From positions 6,627 to 70,626 of the forward strand of contig CACPKH010000003.1 in the NCBI GenBank assembly GCA_902634515.1: DNA of 64,000 bases, in the 5' to 3' direction. Every line of letters starts with the position of its first letter. Within the stretch, counting starts at the first letter, position 1. The notes below the pieces were generated by a model. That model did not search any database. It was not told the DNA's origin and worked only from the letters and a program-made list of their open reading frames with translations. Source of the DNA: an uncultured Prochlorococcus sp. (GTDB lineage Bacteria; Cyanobacteriota; Cyanobacteriia; PCC-6307; Cyanobiaceae). A program made the position numbers and the translations under genes. Below, one piece after another: positions 31,581 through 41,084 of this stretch.

Positions 31581-31916
31581 TTATGACCCAAGTTTAAAAG
31601 CCTCTAGAACAATTGCATAAGTGATTCCAATTCTTAGATTATCCAATCCAACCCATAACATATGAAGCGAATTGCTGTTAAAAGAGTTTCTGGCTCTTAC
31701 AAGCAACTCTATTAATAAAACAACTAAAATTACAACAAAAACCCTATATCCAGACCTGGTAAGTAGATAAGACAAAAAGAAACTTGCTAAATAGAAGCCT
31801 GAAAGAAGACTAAGCAATGATATTGATCTATGCCTCCAAGAACTTGTTATAAGAGAAAATATCCCTTTTAAGGAATTAGACAAAAATCTAGAGTAGTTTG
31901 TTTTATAGAAACTCAT
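31581..31916 (-). CDS. Small membrane protein, Ycf20-like (DUF565)
   Basis: 111 aa with two or three hydrophobic helices. The SLLSLLSGFYLASF and LIELLVR pattern resembles Ycf20/DUF565. From memory only. Confidence 0.4.
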   Translation of the reverse strand: MSFYKTNYSRFLSNSLKGIFSLITSSWRHRSISLLSLLSGFYLASFFLSYLLTRSGYRVFVVILVVLLIELLVRARNSFNSNSLHMLWVGLDNLRIGITYAIVLEAFKLGS

Positions 31917-31923
31917 ATTTAGC

Positions 31924-32667
31924 TTATGTAGTGAGATTTTGAATAATGTTTAAATCAACTATATTACTAATCAAATTACCTTTAAAAACCTTTAATGGCA
32001 AATCAAAGTCTCCTAAATGATCTACAACATATTCAGCTTTAGAAAAGTCATTTGTCATACTTTTAAGCCATGGAGATAGAGAGACAATGCATTTCAATCC
32101 TAAAGCATTTGCAGATTTCAATCCAACAACTGAATCCTCTATAACTATTGAATTATAAATAGATGAATTACTTTTAGATAAAGCTAATGAATAGGCATCT
32201 GGTGAAGGTTTTAAGTTTACTACATCATCTCCTGTGACAATATCCATGAAGATTAAGTTATAATTATTAAAAAGAGAACTTAATAATTGAATAGTAGTAT
32301 TTCTGCTACTAGTTGTTACTACTAATTGTTGTATTTTATGTTGATATAATTCTTGTACTAGTCTATTAACTCCAATTCTCAGTTTTATTTTTTTATACTT
32401 GATCATGTCGATATAAATAGATTGCTTTTGAAAATGAATTTCCTTAATTTGATCTTTACTTATTTTAATGTTCATTAATTGAGAATAGTAATAGATTCTA
32501 TTTCTTCCTCCAGTTACTCTAAGTAGGTCTATGTAAGTAGGAATATCCCATTGCCAAGATAAATTAAATTTTTTAAATGCTGAATTAAAAGCCAACCTAT
32601 GTCCGTTCAACTCAGTATCTGCCAATGTACCGTCTAGGTCCCAAAACACAGATTTTAATTTGTTCAT
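31924..32667 (-). CDS. cbbY: HAD-superfamily phosphatase, CbbY-like
   Basis: 247 aa. The motif FWDLDGTLADTELNGHRLAFNSAF...WDIPTYIDLLRVTGGRNR closely follows the CbbY pattern. Confidence 0.65.
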   Translation of the reverse strand: MNKLKSVFWDLDGTLADTELNGHRLAFNSAFKKFNLSWQWDIPTYIDLLRVTGGRNRIYYYSQLMNIKISKDQIKEIHFQKQSIYIDMIKYKKIKLRIGVNRLVQELYQHKIQQLVVTTSSRNTTIQLLSSLFNNYNLIFMDIVTGDDVVNLKPSPDAYSLALSKSNSSIYNSIVIEDSVVGLKSANALGLKCIVSLSPWLKSMTNDFSKAEYVVDHLGDFDLPLKVFKGNLISNIVDLNIIQNLTT

Positions 32668-32730
32668 GGATGTAATGTACGTTTATATAATATATATGAT
32701 GAATTCTATCAGGAGCTCTATAAAACTATC

Positions 32731-34614
32731 TTGAACATATCAAATACAAGCTGGAAAATTCCAGAGAGAATAGAGCAGGAGCTAGGATTAGATGACTTAC
32801 CTAAAGAGATTTTAGAGATACTTATTAGGAGAGGTTTTACTAGCAAAAGTAAAGTAGAAGAGTTTATTTGCCCGCCTGAATTACCTGATCCGAAATTTCA
32901 TTTCCCGGAATTAGATAAAGCTCTTATAAGAATAGTTAATGCATTTAATAACAAAGAAATCATAGGGATTTGTGGAGACTACGATGCAGATGGGATAACA
33001 AGCACTACTTTATTATTAGATGTATTTAGGAATCTAAATATAAATTCAATAGGTTTGATTCCTTCTAGAGATGAGGATGGTTATGGCCTTAACATAAATA
33101 TAGTAAATCAATTTAAATCTAAAGAAGTATCTCTTATAATAACTGTAGATAATGGAGTTTCCGCTTATGAGGCAATAGACTATGCCAAAAGTCTAGATAT
33201 TGATATCATTATAACTGATCACCATAAAATAGGTACTCTCAATGATAATATTTATGCTCTAATACATCCTGAAACCACTCCAAAAGAATCACCTTATAAA
33301 TTCAATGCTGGAGTTGGTCTGGCATATATACTTGCAGCGGAATTAGCTAAAAGATTTAACAATGAAGATTGTCTAAGTTTATCTAAGAATCTTTTATGTA
33401 TTGGAACTATAGCTGATATGGCAAAGTTAAAAGGAGCCAATAGGTATTGGTTAAAAAAATATATCCCAGAATTATTAAAAACTTCATCATTTGGATTAAA
33501 AATCCTAATAAATAAATCATATTTACAAAATAATCAAATAACTTCTGAAGATATTAGTTTTGGAATCGCCCCAAGAATAAATTCAGTTGGGAGAATAAGT
33601 AATCCAGAGCTTATTGTTAAATGTATCTTAGAGAAAGATAAACAAGAAGCCTCAAAACTGGCTAAAGAATGTGAAAAAATCAACAAGAAAAGAAAAGAAA
33701 TCTCAAATAAATCAGTAGAAGAAGCTATAAGAATAATAAAGAATCAAAATAACCTGGCATTTATTCTACTAGCACAATCCCATTGGCATCATGGAATTAT
33801 TGGAATAATAGCAGCAAGAGTAATGCAAAAATATAAACGTCCTACAGCAATTCTTTCAAAAGACAAAAATGGATACTTTAGGGGTTCTGTAAGGTCACCT
33901 AAATATTTTGATGTTGGGAAAGCATTAGATAAATGTGCTGGACTTCTAGAAAAGTTTGGAGGTCATTCATGCGCTGGAGGTTTTACGATAAAGGCAGAAA
34001 ATATAAGTCATTTAGAGCAAAAACTATCAAATTATGCTGAAGAACAACAAAAGAAGTTAAACCCAATAAATAGTATTGAACCAGAGGTATATATCAATAT
34101 CTCGAGCATTACAAAAGAATTTATAAGTAAACTTAATGTATTAGAGCCATTTGGTGTTGGAAATCAGAACCCTATATTCTGGACTAGAGGATGTAATGTA
34201 ATACAAATAGAAAATCTATTTGCTGGACGTACCCTAATAACCTTAAGACAAAAAGAACAAACGATTAAAGCACTATTTTGGAACAAAGATGAAGACTTCT
34301 CAATACCAAGAAAAGTTGATATAGCTTTTAATATACAAACTAAATTTTATACTCAAGATAAAAAGACTGATATAACTATATTAAAAATAAAACCATATAA
34401 AGAAAAAGAACTGTTTACTGTAGGCTTGAGAAAATATGAATGTTATATTTGTAAGGATAATTATCTCATTATTGAAAATGAAAACCAAGAAAAATTATCT
34501 TACAATTTAATCAACAAAGAAATTTCTCCTAAAGAGATAAAAAAATCTATTTATATAAATCACTTAATCTCAACAGCAAAATCAAGCCTTGGAATGAAAA
34601 GCTGTGAAACCTAG
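32731..34614 (+). CDS. recJ: Single-stranded-DNA-specific exonuclease RecJ
   Basis: 627 aa. DHH motifs (CGDYDADGITS, TVDNG, ITDHH) and a DHHA1 GGH motif (GGHSCAGGF). TTG start in the track. Confidence 0.9.
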   Translation: MNISNTSWKIPERIEQELGLDDLPKEILEILIRRGFTSKSKVEEFICPPELPDPKFHFPELDKALIRIVNAFNNKEIIGICGDYDADGITSTTLLLDVFRNLNINSIGLIPSRDEDGYGLNINIVNQFKSKEVSLIITVDNGVSAYEAIDYAKSLDIDIIITDHHKIGTLNDNIYALIHPETTPKESPYKFNAGVGLAYILAAELAKRFNNEDCLSLSKNLLCIGTIADMAKLKGANRYWLKKYIPELLKTSSFGLKILINKSYLQNNQITSEDISFGIAPRINSVGRISNPELIVKCILEKDKQEASKLAKECEKINKKRKEISNKSVEEAIRIIKNQNNLAFILLAQSHWHHGIIGIIAARVMQKYKRPTAILSKDKNGYFRGSVRSPKYFDVGKALDKCAGLLEKFGGHSCAGGFTIKAENISHLEQKLSNYAEEQQKKLNPINSIEPEVYINISSITKEFISKLNVLEPFGVGNQNPIFWTRGCNVIQIENLFAGRTLITLRQKEQTIKALFWNKDEDFSIPRKVDIAFNIQTKFYTQDKKTDITILKIKPYKEKELFTVGLRKYECYICKDNYLIIENENQEKLSYNLINKEISPKEIKKSIYINHLISTAKSSLGMKSCET

Positions 34615-34694
34615 GTACCTCTTCTATAGAAGATCAAAGCAATTATGGCTGGACCGGACAAAGCAACTGCTACTAATGGCAAAAGATTACCCAT
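34611..34694 (-). CDS. psb30: 27-aa single-helix peptide resembling photosystem II protein Psb30 (Ycf12)
   Basis: Not in the ORF track. Hand translation of the minus strand gives MGNLLPLVAVALSGPAIIALIFYRRGT. The C-terminal GPxIIxL...RRG pattern resembles Ycf12. An in-frame TAG lies 7 codons upstream of the ATG. Confidence 0.5.
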   Translation of the reverse strand: MGNLLPLVAVALSGPAIIALIFYRRGT

Positions 34695-34814
34695 GATAAA
34701 AACGTGTTTGAGCTATGACTATAGTATAAGACACTAATAAACTATCCTCATATGAGCTAAATTTTTTGTAATTTGCTAAAAAGGCAGTTCAGCACAAGGT
34801 ATTTCGAATTTTAA

Positions 34815-35171
34815 ATGAAGAAACATAACCAAAAGTGGAATTGTATTAATTATTGTGGATCATGTTGCAAACTGGCCCCAGAAGAAAGAATTGAAGCAAT
34901 AGCAGCGCTTACAGAAGAAGATCGACAAGAATATTTTAATCTAGTAGCTTCTGATGGATGGTGTAAAAATTATGATAAGCATTTAAGAAAATGCAAAATA
35001 TACGATAGAAGACCAAACTTTTGCAAAGTGGATAATCTCACGGAAATATTTGGATATAAAAAAAAAGACAAAGACAATATTGCTATTAATTTCTGCAGAC
35101 AAAATATAAGATCTGTACATGGTGGAAGGAGTAAAGTATTGAAAAGATTTAATAGAAGCTTAGGAATATAA
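34815..35171 (+). CDS. YkgJ-family (UPF0153) cysteine-cluster protein
   Basis: 118 aa. CINYCGSCCK cluster plus downstream WC, KCKIY and FCKV cysteines typical of the family. Confidence 0.65.
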   Translation: MKKHNQKWNCINYCGSCCKLAPEERIEAIAALTEEDRQEYFNLVASDGWCKNYDKHLRKCKIYDRRPNFCKVDNLTEIFGYKKKDKDNIAINFCRQNIRSVHGGRSKVLKRFNRSLGI

Positions 35172-35178
35172 GAAGATT

Positions 35179-35538
35179 ATGAAAAATCCTAATCCGCCAT
35201 ATAAAGAAGAAGATCATAAAGTTAATAGAGAAGAAAGCTTCATGCTTACATTCATTACAACTTTTGGAACTGTATTCCTAGCGGAGATAGGTGATAAAAC
35301 ACAAATAGCTACATTATTACTATCTGCTGGTTCGGCAGAACCCTTACTTGTATTTATAGGCGCTGCATTGGCTCTAATTAGTACAAGCCTTATTGGTGTA
35401 GTTTTAGGTAGGTGGTTATCTGACAGGGTGCCTGAAAACTTATTAAATAGTTTAGCTGGTATTATCATGCTGGGAATAGGACTCTATTTGATCAGTGAAA
35501 TTTCTTTCTCTGAACTTAATCTTCTTAATTACCTATGA
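35179..35538 (+). CDS. UPF0016/GDT1 (TMEM165, Mnx/PAM71-type) cation transporter, half-size subunit 1
   Basis: 119 aa, three helices, with the signature E-x-G-D-K-T (LAEIGDKTQIAT). Confidence 0.8.
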   Translation: MKNPNPPYKEEDHKVNREESFMLTFITTFGTVFLAEIGDKTQIATLLLSAGSAEPLLVFIGAALALISTSLIGVVLGRWLSDRVPENLLNSLAGIIMLGIGLYLISEISFSELNLLNYL

Positions 35539-35825
35539 AAATTTTAGATCCAATAATAATATCTACTTTCTCAACAGTATTTCTTGCAGAACTGGGAGAT
35601 AAAACTCAATTAGCCACCGTTGCTATGTCAGCCAAAAGCAAAAAGCCATTAGCTGTTTTTTTGGGGTCTTGTAGTGCCCTTGTACTAGCCTGTTTTATAG
35701 CTGCCTTGGCAGGTGGATCTATTACTAGTATTATTCCCGATATAGTCTTAAAAAGTCTTGCAGCTATTGGGTTCATCTATCTAGGAATTAACCTATTAAA
35801 TCCAATAAATACCACTAAAGAATAA
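35535..35825 (+). CDS. UPF0016/GDT1 cation transporter, half-size subunit 2
   Basis: 96 aa, three helices, with the signature LAELGDKTQLAT. Its ATG overlaps the upstream stop as ATGA. Confidence 0.8.
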   Translation: MKILDPIIISTFSTVFLAELGDKTQLATVAMSAKSKKPLAVFLGSCSALVLACFIAALAGGSITSIIPDIVLKSLAAIGFIYLGINLLNPINTTKE

Positions 35826-35947
35826 AAGAATTTTTCTAAGCATTTAAAAAGCTATTGAAAGATTTAGTGAAATGCATAAAAAAACAAATAAATCACTGAA
35901 TAATCTATGATCTAACATATAAGATAGAAAAAGGATTAATTTTTTTT

Positions 35948-38173
35948 ATGGTTTCGGTAGCCAAAATTCTTGAACTGCTACCTCAAGAAGGGAGTCTTGA
36001 AATAAAAAAACTTGAAAAGATGCTGAAACTCACGAAAAAAGTTGAAAGGACAAGGCTGGAAATTGCAATTACTGCTTTGTCGAAAATAGGACTTATAGAA
36101 CTCGACACAGAAGCAACCATAAAAATACAAAAGCTTCACACATACATCAAAGCTAAGATTCGTTGTAGTAGTAAAGGCTATTGCTTTGCTGTAAGAGAGG
36201 ATAATGAAGAAGATATTTATATTAGAGAACAGCATCTAAACCATGCATGGCATGGTGATTATGTCTTAGTAAAGATAGAAAGAGAAGCTCTAAAGAGAAG
36301 GTCTCCAGAAGGTTCTGTTATCTGTATTCTAGAAAGAAGCAAAAAAAGATTGCTAGCTAACATAATAGAAGAAAATGGTGAAGTCATTGCAAGCCCTTTA
36401 GACGAAAGAATTCTTTCGAAGATTGAATTACCATCATTAGAAAGTCCCTACAAAACAGATTCAGAAAATATAGTTGAAGTTGAAATTACAAAATATCCAA
36501 TTGCTCAATACAAAGCAGTAGGAAAGGTTATTAGGAATTTAAGCTTAAAGGCTGGATTTCAAGGAGATATTGAAATAATTAAAACTAAATTCTGTATTGA
36601 TGAAGAAAACAAGCCTCCGAAAATTTCAACCAAGAGACCTCCTGATAAACATCGCAGAAGTTTATTAGCTCAAAATGTTGTTCTTTTTAAAAGTTGGCTT
36701 AGTAAAGATAGTCCTCCATTACTGGCAACATACGCTGAGCCTTTTAAAGGAGGTATTAAAGCATGGATACATATTCCATCTGTCTCGGAAAGGATTTTAT
36801 TAGATAGCAAATTAGGTATTTGGATTAAAGAGAGAGCAGAATCTAGATGTATAGGCAATAGGTGGATAAATCTACTAAGCAATACCTTAATTAAAGAATC
36901 GGGATTTAAAGTTAATGAGGAAAATGATGCAATAACGTTAGAGATAATAATCAATAAAGAAGGGGAGATAAAAGATTGGGAATTTTATTTGAGCAAAATA
37001 TGTCCAAAAGTAGAAGTAACTGATGAAATACTAGATAAGATTGTTAATAGGAAACCAAGATCAAGAACAATTCCATCAGTTCTTAAGGATATTAAAGAAT
37101 ATATTTTAAATATAGAAACAATACTCTTCTTAATTAAGTTAATCAACAACAATTTAAAATCTAATGGGCTAATAGAGTTTAAAAGTAATTACTATAATAC
37201 AGATAAGTTATACGATCATTGTTACACCAATCCAGGTAAAGACTTTTACGGCTGGAAAGAAGAGTATGATCCTAAAAGTGCTAATTCAATTGTATCAGTA
37301 TTAACAACTATATCAAATATAATATTTTTCAAGTATTCACAATCCTTAAATATGAATATGATATATACAAAATCGAGGGATATTGATGCAATCCAATATA
37401 ATGAAATAGTAAAATCAGCTATTGCTTTAGATACAAAAGTTGAATTAAATGAAGATGGGATTATTGATCTTAATAAATTTATAGAAACAATTAAAGGAGA
37501 AATCAGTCAGAATGTAATAGAGAAATTACTTCGTAATATCATCCCAGAAAGGTCATATGAACTATATAAACCTGAATCCAATGATTCAGACAAGGAATTA
37601 CTTTTAGAAAGTATCACCTTAAATACAGAAGCTCCATGGTCTTCTCCAACAATAAATTATGCAGATATACTTAATCAATCCTTGCTTGTTGAATTAATCA
37701 ATTTACAAAAGAATAAGTCTATAAAAAAAGAAGATATTATCTCAGCGAATTCAGATGTAACTAAAATAGATATCAGCTCAAAGATTAAAGTTACACCAAT
37801 AAAGACTAAAGTTAGCAATGGAATTATAAACTTTTTAAATAATGAACAAACTAGATCAAAATTATTCAGAAGTGGTTTAATTTCAATTATAGAAGCAAGA
37901 GCAATTGATGAGATGGTTGGCAGCTCTGTCGATGGCATTATTACAGGGGTTCAAAGTTACGGAATTTTTGTTGAAATAGACAAGTTTCAAGCTGAAGGTC
38001 TTGTTCACGTAAGCACATTAGACGACGATTGGTATGAATATAGATCTAGGCAGAATTTACTTATAGGAAGAAAAAATAAAAAAACATACCAGCTTGGTAA
38101 ACAGATTAAAATTAAAATCATTAGCGTTGACTTATTAAAAAATCAGATTGACCTTGAAGTTTTTAGAGAATAA
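35948..38173 (+). CDS. RNase II/R-family (RNB domain) protein with a C-terminal S1 domain; catalytic motifs look degenerate
   Basis: 741 aa. RNB-like blocks (WIHIPSVSERI, SSPTINYADIL) and a clear S1 domain (GIITGVQSYGIFVEI...GLVHVS). Confidence 0.75.
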   Translation: MVSVAKILELLPQEGSLEIKKLEKMLKLTKKVERTRLEIAITALSKIGLIELDTEATIKIQKLHTYIKAKIRCSSKGYCFAVREDNEEDIYIREQHLNHAWHGDYVLVKIEREALKRRSPEGSVICILERSKKRLLANIIEENGEVIASPLDERILSKIELPSLESPYKTDSENIVEVEITKYPIAQYKAVGKVIRNLSLKAGFQGDIEIIKTKFCIDEENKPPKISTKRPPDKHRRSLLAQNVVLFKSWLSKDSPPLLATYAEPFKGGIKAWIHIPSVSERILLDSKLGIWIKERAESRCIGNRWINLLSNTLIKESGFKVNEENDAITLEIIINKEGEIKDWEFYLSKICPKVEVTDEILDKIVNRKPRSRTIPSVLKDIKEYILNIETILFLIKLINNNLKSNGLIEFKSNYYNTDKLYDHCYTNPGKDFYGWKEEYDPKSANSIVSVLTTISNIIFFKYSQSLNMNMIYTKSRDIDAIQYNEIVKSAIALDTKVELNEDGIIDLNKFIETIKGEISQNVIEKLLRNIIPERSYELYKPESNDSDKELLLESITLNTEAPWSSPTINYADILNQSLLVELINLQKNKSIKKEDIISANSDVTKIDISSKIKVTPIKTKVSNGIINFLNNEQTRSKLFRSGLISIIEARAIDEMVGSSVDGIITGVQSYGIFVEIDKFQAEGLVHVSTLDDDWYEYRSRQNLLIGRKNKKTYQLGKQIKIKIISVDLLKNQIDLEVFRE

Positions 38174-38795
38174 AGTGAAATCAAAAATTAATCCACTTGT
38201 ACTAGCAGTAACAGGAGCTTCAGCGCAACAACTGGCTGTTAGGTCACTTCAACTCCTTTTAGAAAATGATATAAATGTAGATTTAATATTAAGTAAAGGG
38301 GCATACGATGTATGGATTTCTGAGAACAAAACTAAAATCCCTGTAGATCCAGTTAAGCAAGAAATCTTTTGGCGTGATTATTTAAAAGTAGATTCAGGTA
38401 TACTTAATTGTCATAAATGGAATGACAATTCAGCTTCTCTTGCTAGTGGCAGCTTTAAGACTTTAGGAATGGTTTTATTACCATGTACCATGGGAAAAAT
38501 TGGAAGAATTGCTTCTGGTTCAGCATATGACTTAATTGAAAGATCAGCAGATGTGCATTTAAAGGAAAAACGAAAGCTAATAATATCTCCTAGGGAAACT
38601 CCTTTTAATCTTATACACTTGAGAAATATGACTCAATTATGTGAAGCAGGCGCTGAAATCATTCCCTGCATACCTTCCTGGTATTCAAAACCTGAATCTT
38701 TAGATGAAATGATAGACTTTATGGTTGTTAGACTATTTGATAGCTTTGGATTTGAGCTTAAAGACATAAATAGGTGGGATGGTAAGTTATTATGA
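38148..38795 (+). CDS. ubiX: Flavin prenyltransferase UbiX
   Basis: 215 aa. LAVTGASA and PCTMGKIGRIASG motifs. The track start is TTG at 38148, which overlaps the upstream gene. The in-frame GTG at 38175 is a plausible alternative start. Confidence 0.85.
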   Translation: MTLKFLENKVKSKINPLVLAVTGASAQQLAVRSLQLLLENDINVDLILSKGAYDVWISENKTKIPVDPVKQEIFWRDYLKVDSGILNCHKWNDNSASLASGSFKTLGMVLLPCTMGKIGRIASGSAYDLIERSADVHLKEKRKLIISPRETPFNLIHLRNMTQLCEAGAEIIPCIPSWYSKPESLDEMIDFMVVRLFDSFGFELKDINRWDGKLL

Positions 38796-39352
38796 GAACA
38801 ATTAATAAAGCGCTTTTAATACCAACATTACTTCCGCTAATATTACTTTTATTTATATCATTTATAAATAATGAAAAGAGAGTTCAAATAAAATTATTAC
38901 TTTGGGAGTCACAAGAAATTAAATTGGGAACATTTATTTCAATATCAACAATAGCTGGATTCTTAATTGGAACATTTCCTGCGTTTATTCTTAATTCTAA
39001 TTACCAAATTAAAAGAAGAAAGGTTATTTATAACCCATATAATAGTAATAATTCAGATGCTTTAGAGAAAGATCTAAATTTATATGATCATGATGATCTA
39101 GAAGAAAATGATATAAATCATGAAGATTATATAGAAAGGGATGTTAGAGAGCCTTCTCCAACAATATCAGTCCCATATAAAGTTATTAGAATGTCTAATC
39201 AGTCAGAGATTAGAACCGAATCAAATAAAGAGTCCTCAGAAGTCCAAAATTCTTTTAAAGATAATTTAGACTTAGCCTCAGAGCAAGAAGAAAGCTTAAT
39301 TAATAAAAGTCAATCCAGTGACTGGTCAAATATCACTGATGAAAAATGGTAA
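38792..39352 (+). CDS. Hypothetical membrane protein with an acidic C-terminal tail
   Basis: 186 aa. Two N-terminal hydrophobic helices, then an Asp/Glu/Asn/Ser-rich region. Its start overlaps the ubiX stop (ATGA). Confidence 0.4.
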   Translation: MRTINKALLIPTLLPLILLLFISFINNEKRVQIKLLLWESQEIKLGTFISISTIAGFLIGTFPAFILNSNYQIKRRKVIYNPYNSNNSDALEKDLNLYDHDDLEENDINHEDYIERDVREPSPTISVPYKVIRMSNQSEIRTESNKESSEVQNSFKDNLDLASEQEESLINKSQSSDWSNITDEKW

Positions 39353-39417
39353 GGAAAAATTAATTATGCACTAATACATGTAATTAGATTTAGAATGAGC
39401 TAAACAAATAATCATCT

Positions 39418-39876
39418 GTGAAAGACACTAAGGGAATGAACCCTCCAATAAAAAAAGAAACAAACAAAGTTCCTAATGGCGAGTCAACTATTACTACATC
39501 AATAGAAAAACCTAAGAAGTTAGAGGAAAAGCCCTTCACAGCCTTTGTTACAGAAGACTTTATACCATCATTAAAAACAGCATTTAAAAAATTAAACATA
39601 GATATTATTGCTCTTACATTTGAAAAAGGCATGCGACCAGTTATAGGAGGTGATTGCTGGATTGTTTTTGGAGAAATATCTCAGGGGAAAAAATTTTGGC
39701 TCTGTTTTAGTACAGATAAAATCACTTCAAGCAAACATATTGCTTTAGCCGAAGGAGGATCAAAGGCTAGTCTGCTCGAATCTTTCTTGATAGATGAGAG
39801 GAAAATTACTCTTCCCTTGCTTCAATCACGTTTACTCCAAAGACTCAATGGACAAAAATGGCTTGGAAAAAACTAA
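39418..39876 (+). CDS. Conserved cyanobacterial hypothetical protein (DUF2996-like)
   Basis: 152 aa. Lys-rich N-terminus followed by EEKPFTAFVTEDFIPSL. The family call is from memory and tentative. Confidence 0.4.
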   Translation: MKDTKGMNPPIKKETNKVPNGESTITTSIEKPKKLEEKPFTAFVTEDFIPSLKTAFKKLNIDIIALTFEKGMRPVIGGDCWIVFGEISQGKKFWLCFSTDKITSSKHIALAEGGSKASLLESFLIDERKITLPLLQSRLLQRLNGQKWLGKN

Positions 39877-40009
39877 TTTTTACTTTCTAATTTAAGCTTT
39901 TCAAGAGAATGGAACTGTATCAAATGATCAATATGAATTCTGTACATGAAGTTTTTCACTAAAAATCGGCTCTAAGAACTAAAATCATATCCCTGACGCG
40001 ACATAAGTA

Positions 40010-41053
40010 ATGACGGCTTCAGCTACAAAAATTGGTAATTCCTTGGCTAGGAACGAATTGCCACCTCATTTGGATGAAAACCTTTTGACCCCAAGGTTTT
40101 ATACCACAGAATTTGATAAAGCTGCTAAGACAAACCTTGATATAGCAAGAAAAGACTTTGAGGCAATGTTTAAAGAGATGGAGGCAGATTATAACCTCAA
40201 GCACTTTGACAGGAAAGCTTCTCTGGAAAGGCTAAATGAGTTATCACCAGAAGACAAAGCAGTTTATGAAAGTTATCTAGTTAGATCAGTAGTATCAGAG
40301 TTTTCTGGATTTCTTTTATTTAAGGAAATCTCTAATAGATTTAAAAGATCTGACAGACCAGAACTTGGTCAATTTTTTCAATTCTTAGCGCGTGACGAAG
40401 CTAGACATGCAGGTTTTTTAGGCAGAGCACTAAAAGAAGAAGGCATTAATATTGACCTTCCAAATCTACCGAAAAAAAGAGCGGCAACATTCTTCCCCTT
40501 AAGTTGGGTCTTATATTCCCTTTATTTGTCTGAAAAGATTGGATATTGGAGATACATACTCATCAATAGGCATCTAAATGCCAATCCTGATAAAATTTGC
40601 GCTCCACTATTTGACTTTTTTGAACCATGGTGTCAAGACGAGAATCGTCATGGAGATTGTATTAACCTAATGATGAGGTGTTGGCCAGGAATGACAAAAG
40701 GTTTTAGAGGCAAGATGCTAAGCAGATTTTTCCTTTGGACCGTTTTCCTCACACACACTCTTACTGTTTGCGAAAGAGGTGATTTCTATAAATTACTTGG
40801 AATAGATCCTGTACTATTTGATGAAGAAGTAATTGCTCAAACTAATAACACTTCTCGCAATGCATTCCCTTGGGTATATAACTTCGACGACGGACAATTC
40901 TTAAAACTAAGATTAGAAATTCTAAAAACTTTTAAGGAGTGGCGCGAGGGGACAGGGATGTCAAAACCTATAAAATTTACTAAATTTGTATTGTTGATGC
41001 TTAAACAGTTTGCACTTCCAATGGAGAAAACTAAAGCAGTTAGATATGGTTAA
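40010..41053 (+). CDS. acsF: Mg-protoporphyrin IX monomethyl ester (oxidative) cyclase
   Basis: 347 aa. Di-iron carboxylate motifs (DEARHAGF and DENRHGD) and the N-terminal LLTPRFYTTEFD block typical of AcsF/CHL27. Confidence 0.95.
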   Translation: MTASATKIGNSLARNELPPHLDENLLTPRFYTTEFDKAAKTNLDIARKDFEAMFKEMEADYNLKHFDRKASLERLNELSPEDKAVYESYLVRSVVSEFSGFLLFKEISNRFKRSDRPELGQFFQFLARDEARHAGFLGRALKEEGINIDLPNLPKKRAATFFPLSWVLYSLYLSEKIGYWRYILINRHLNANPDKICAPLFDFFEPWCQDENRHGDCINLMMRCWPGMTKGFRGKMLSRFFLWTVFLTHTLTVCERGDFYKLLGIDPVLFDEEVIAQTNNTSRNAFPWVYNFDDGQFLKLRLEILKTFKEWREGTGMSKPIKFTKFVLLMLKQFALPMEKTKAVRYG

Positions 41054-41084
41054 ACAACTTAATTGTTAGTATGCAGTAACTAGT

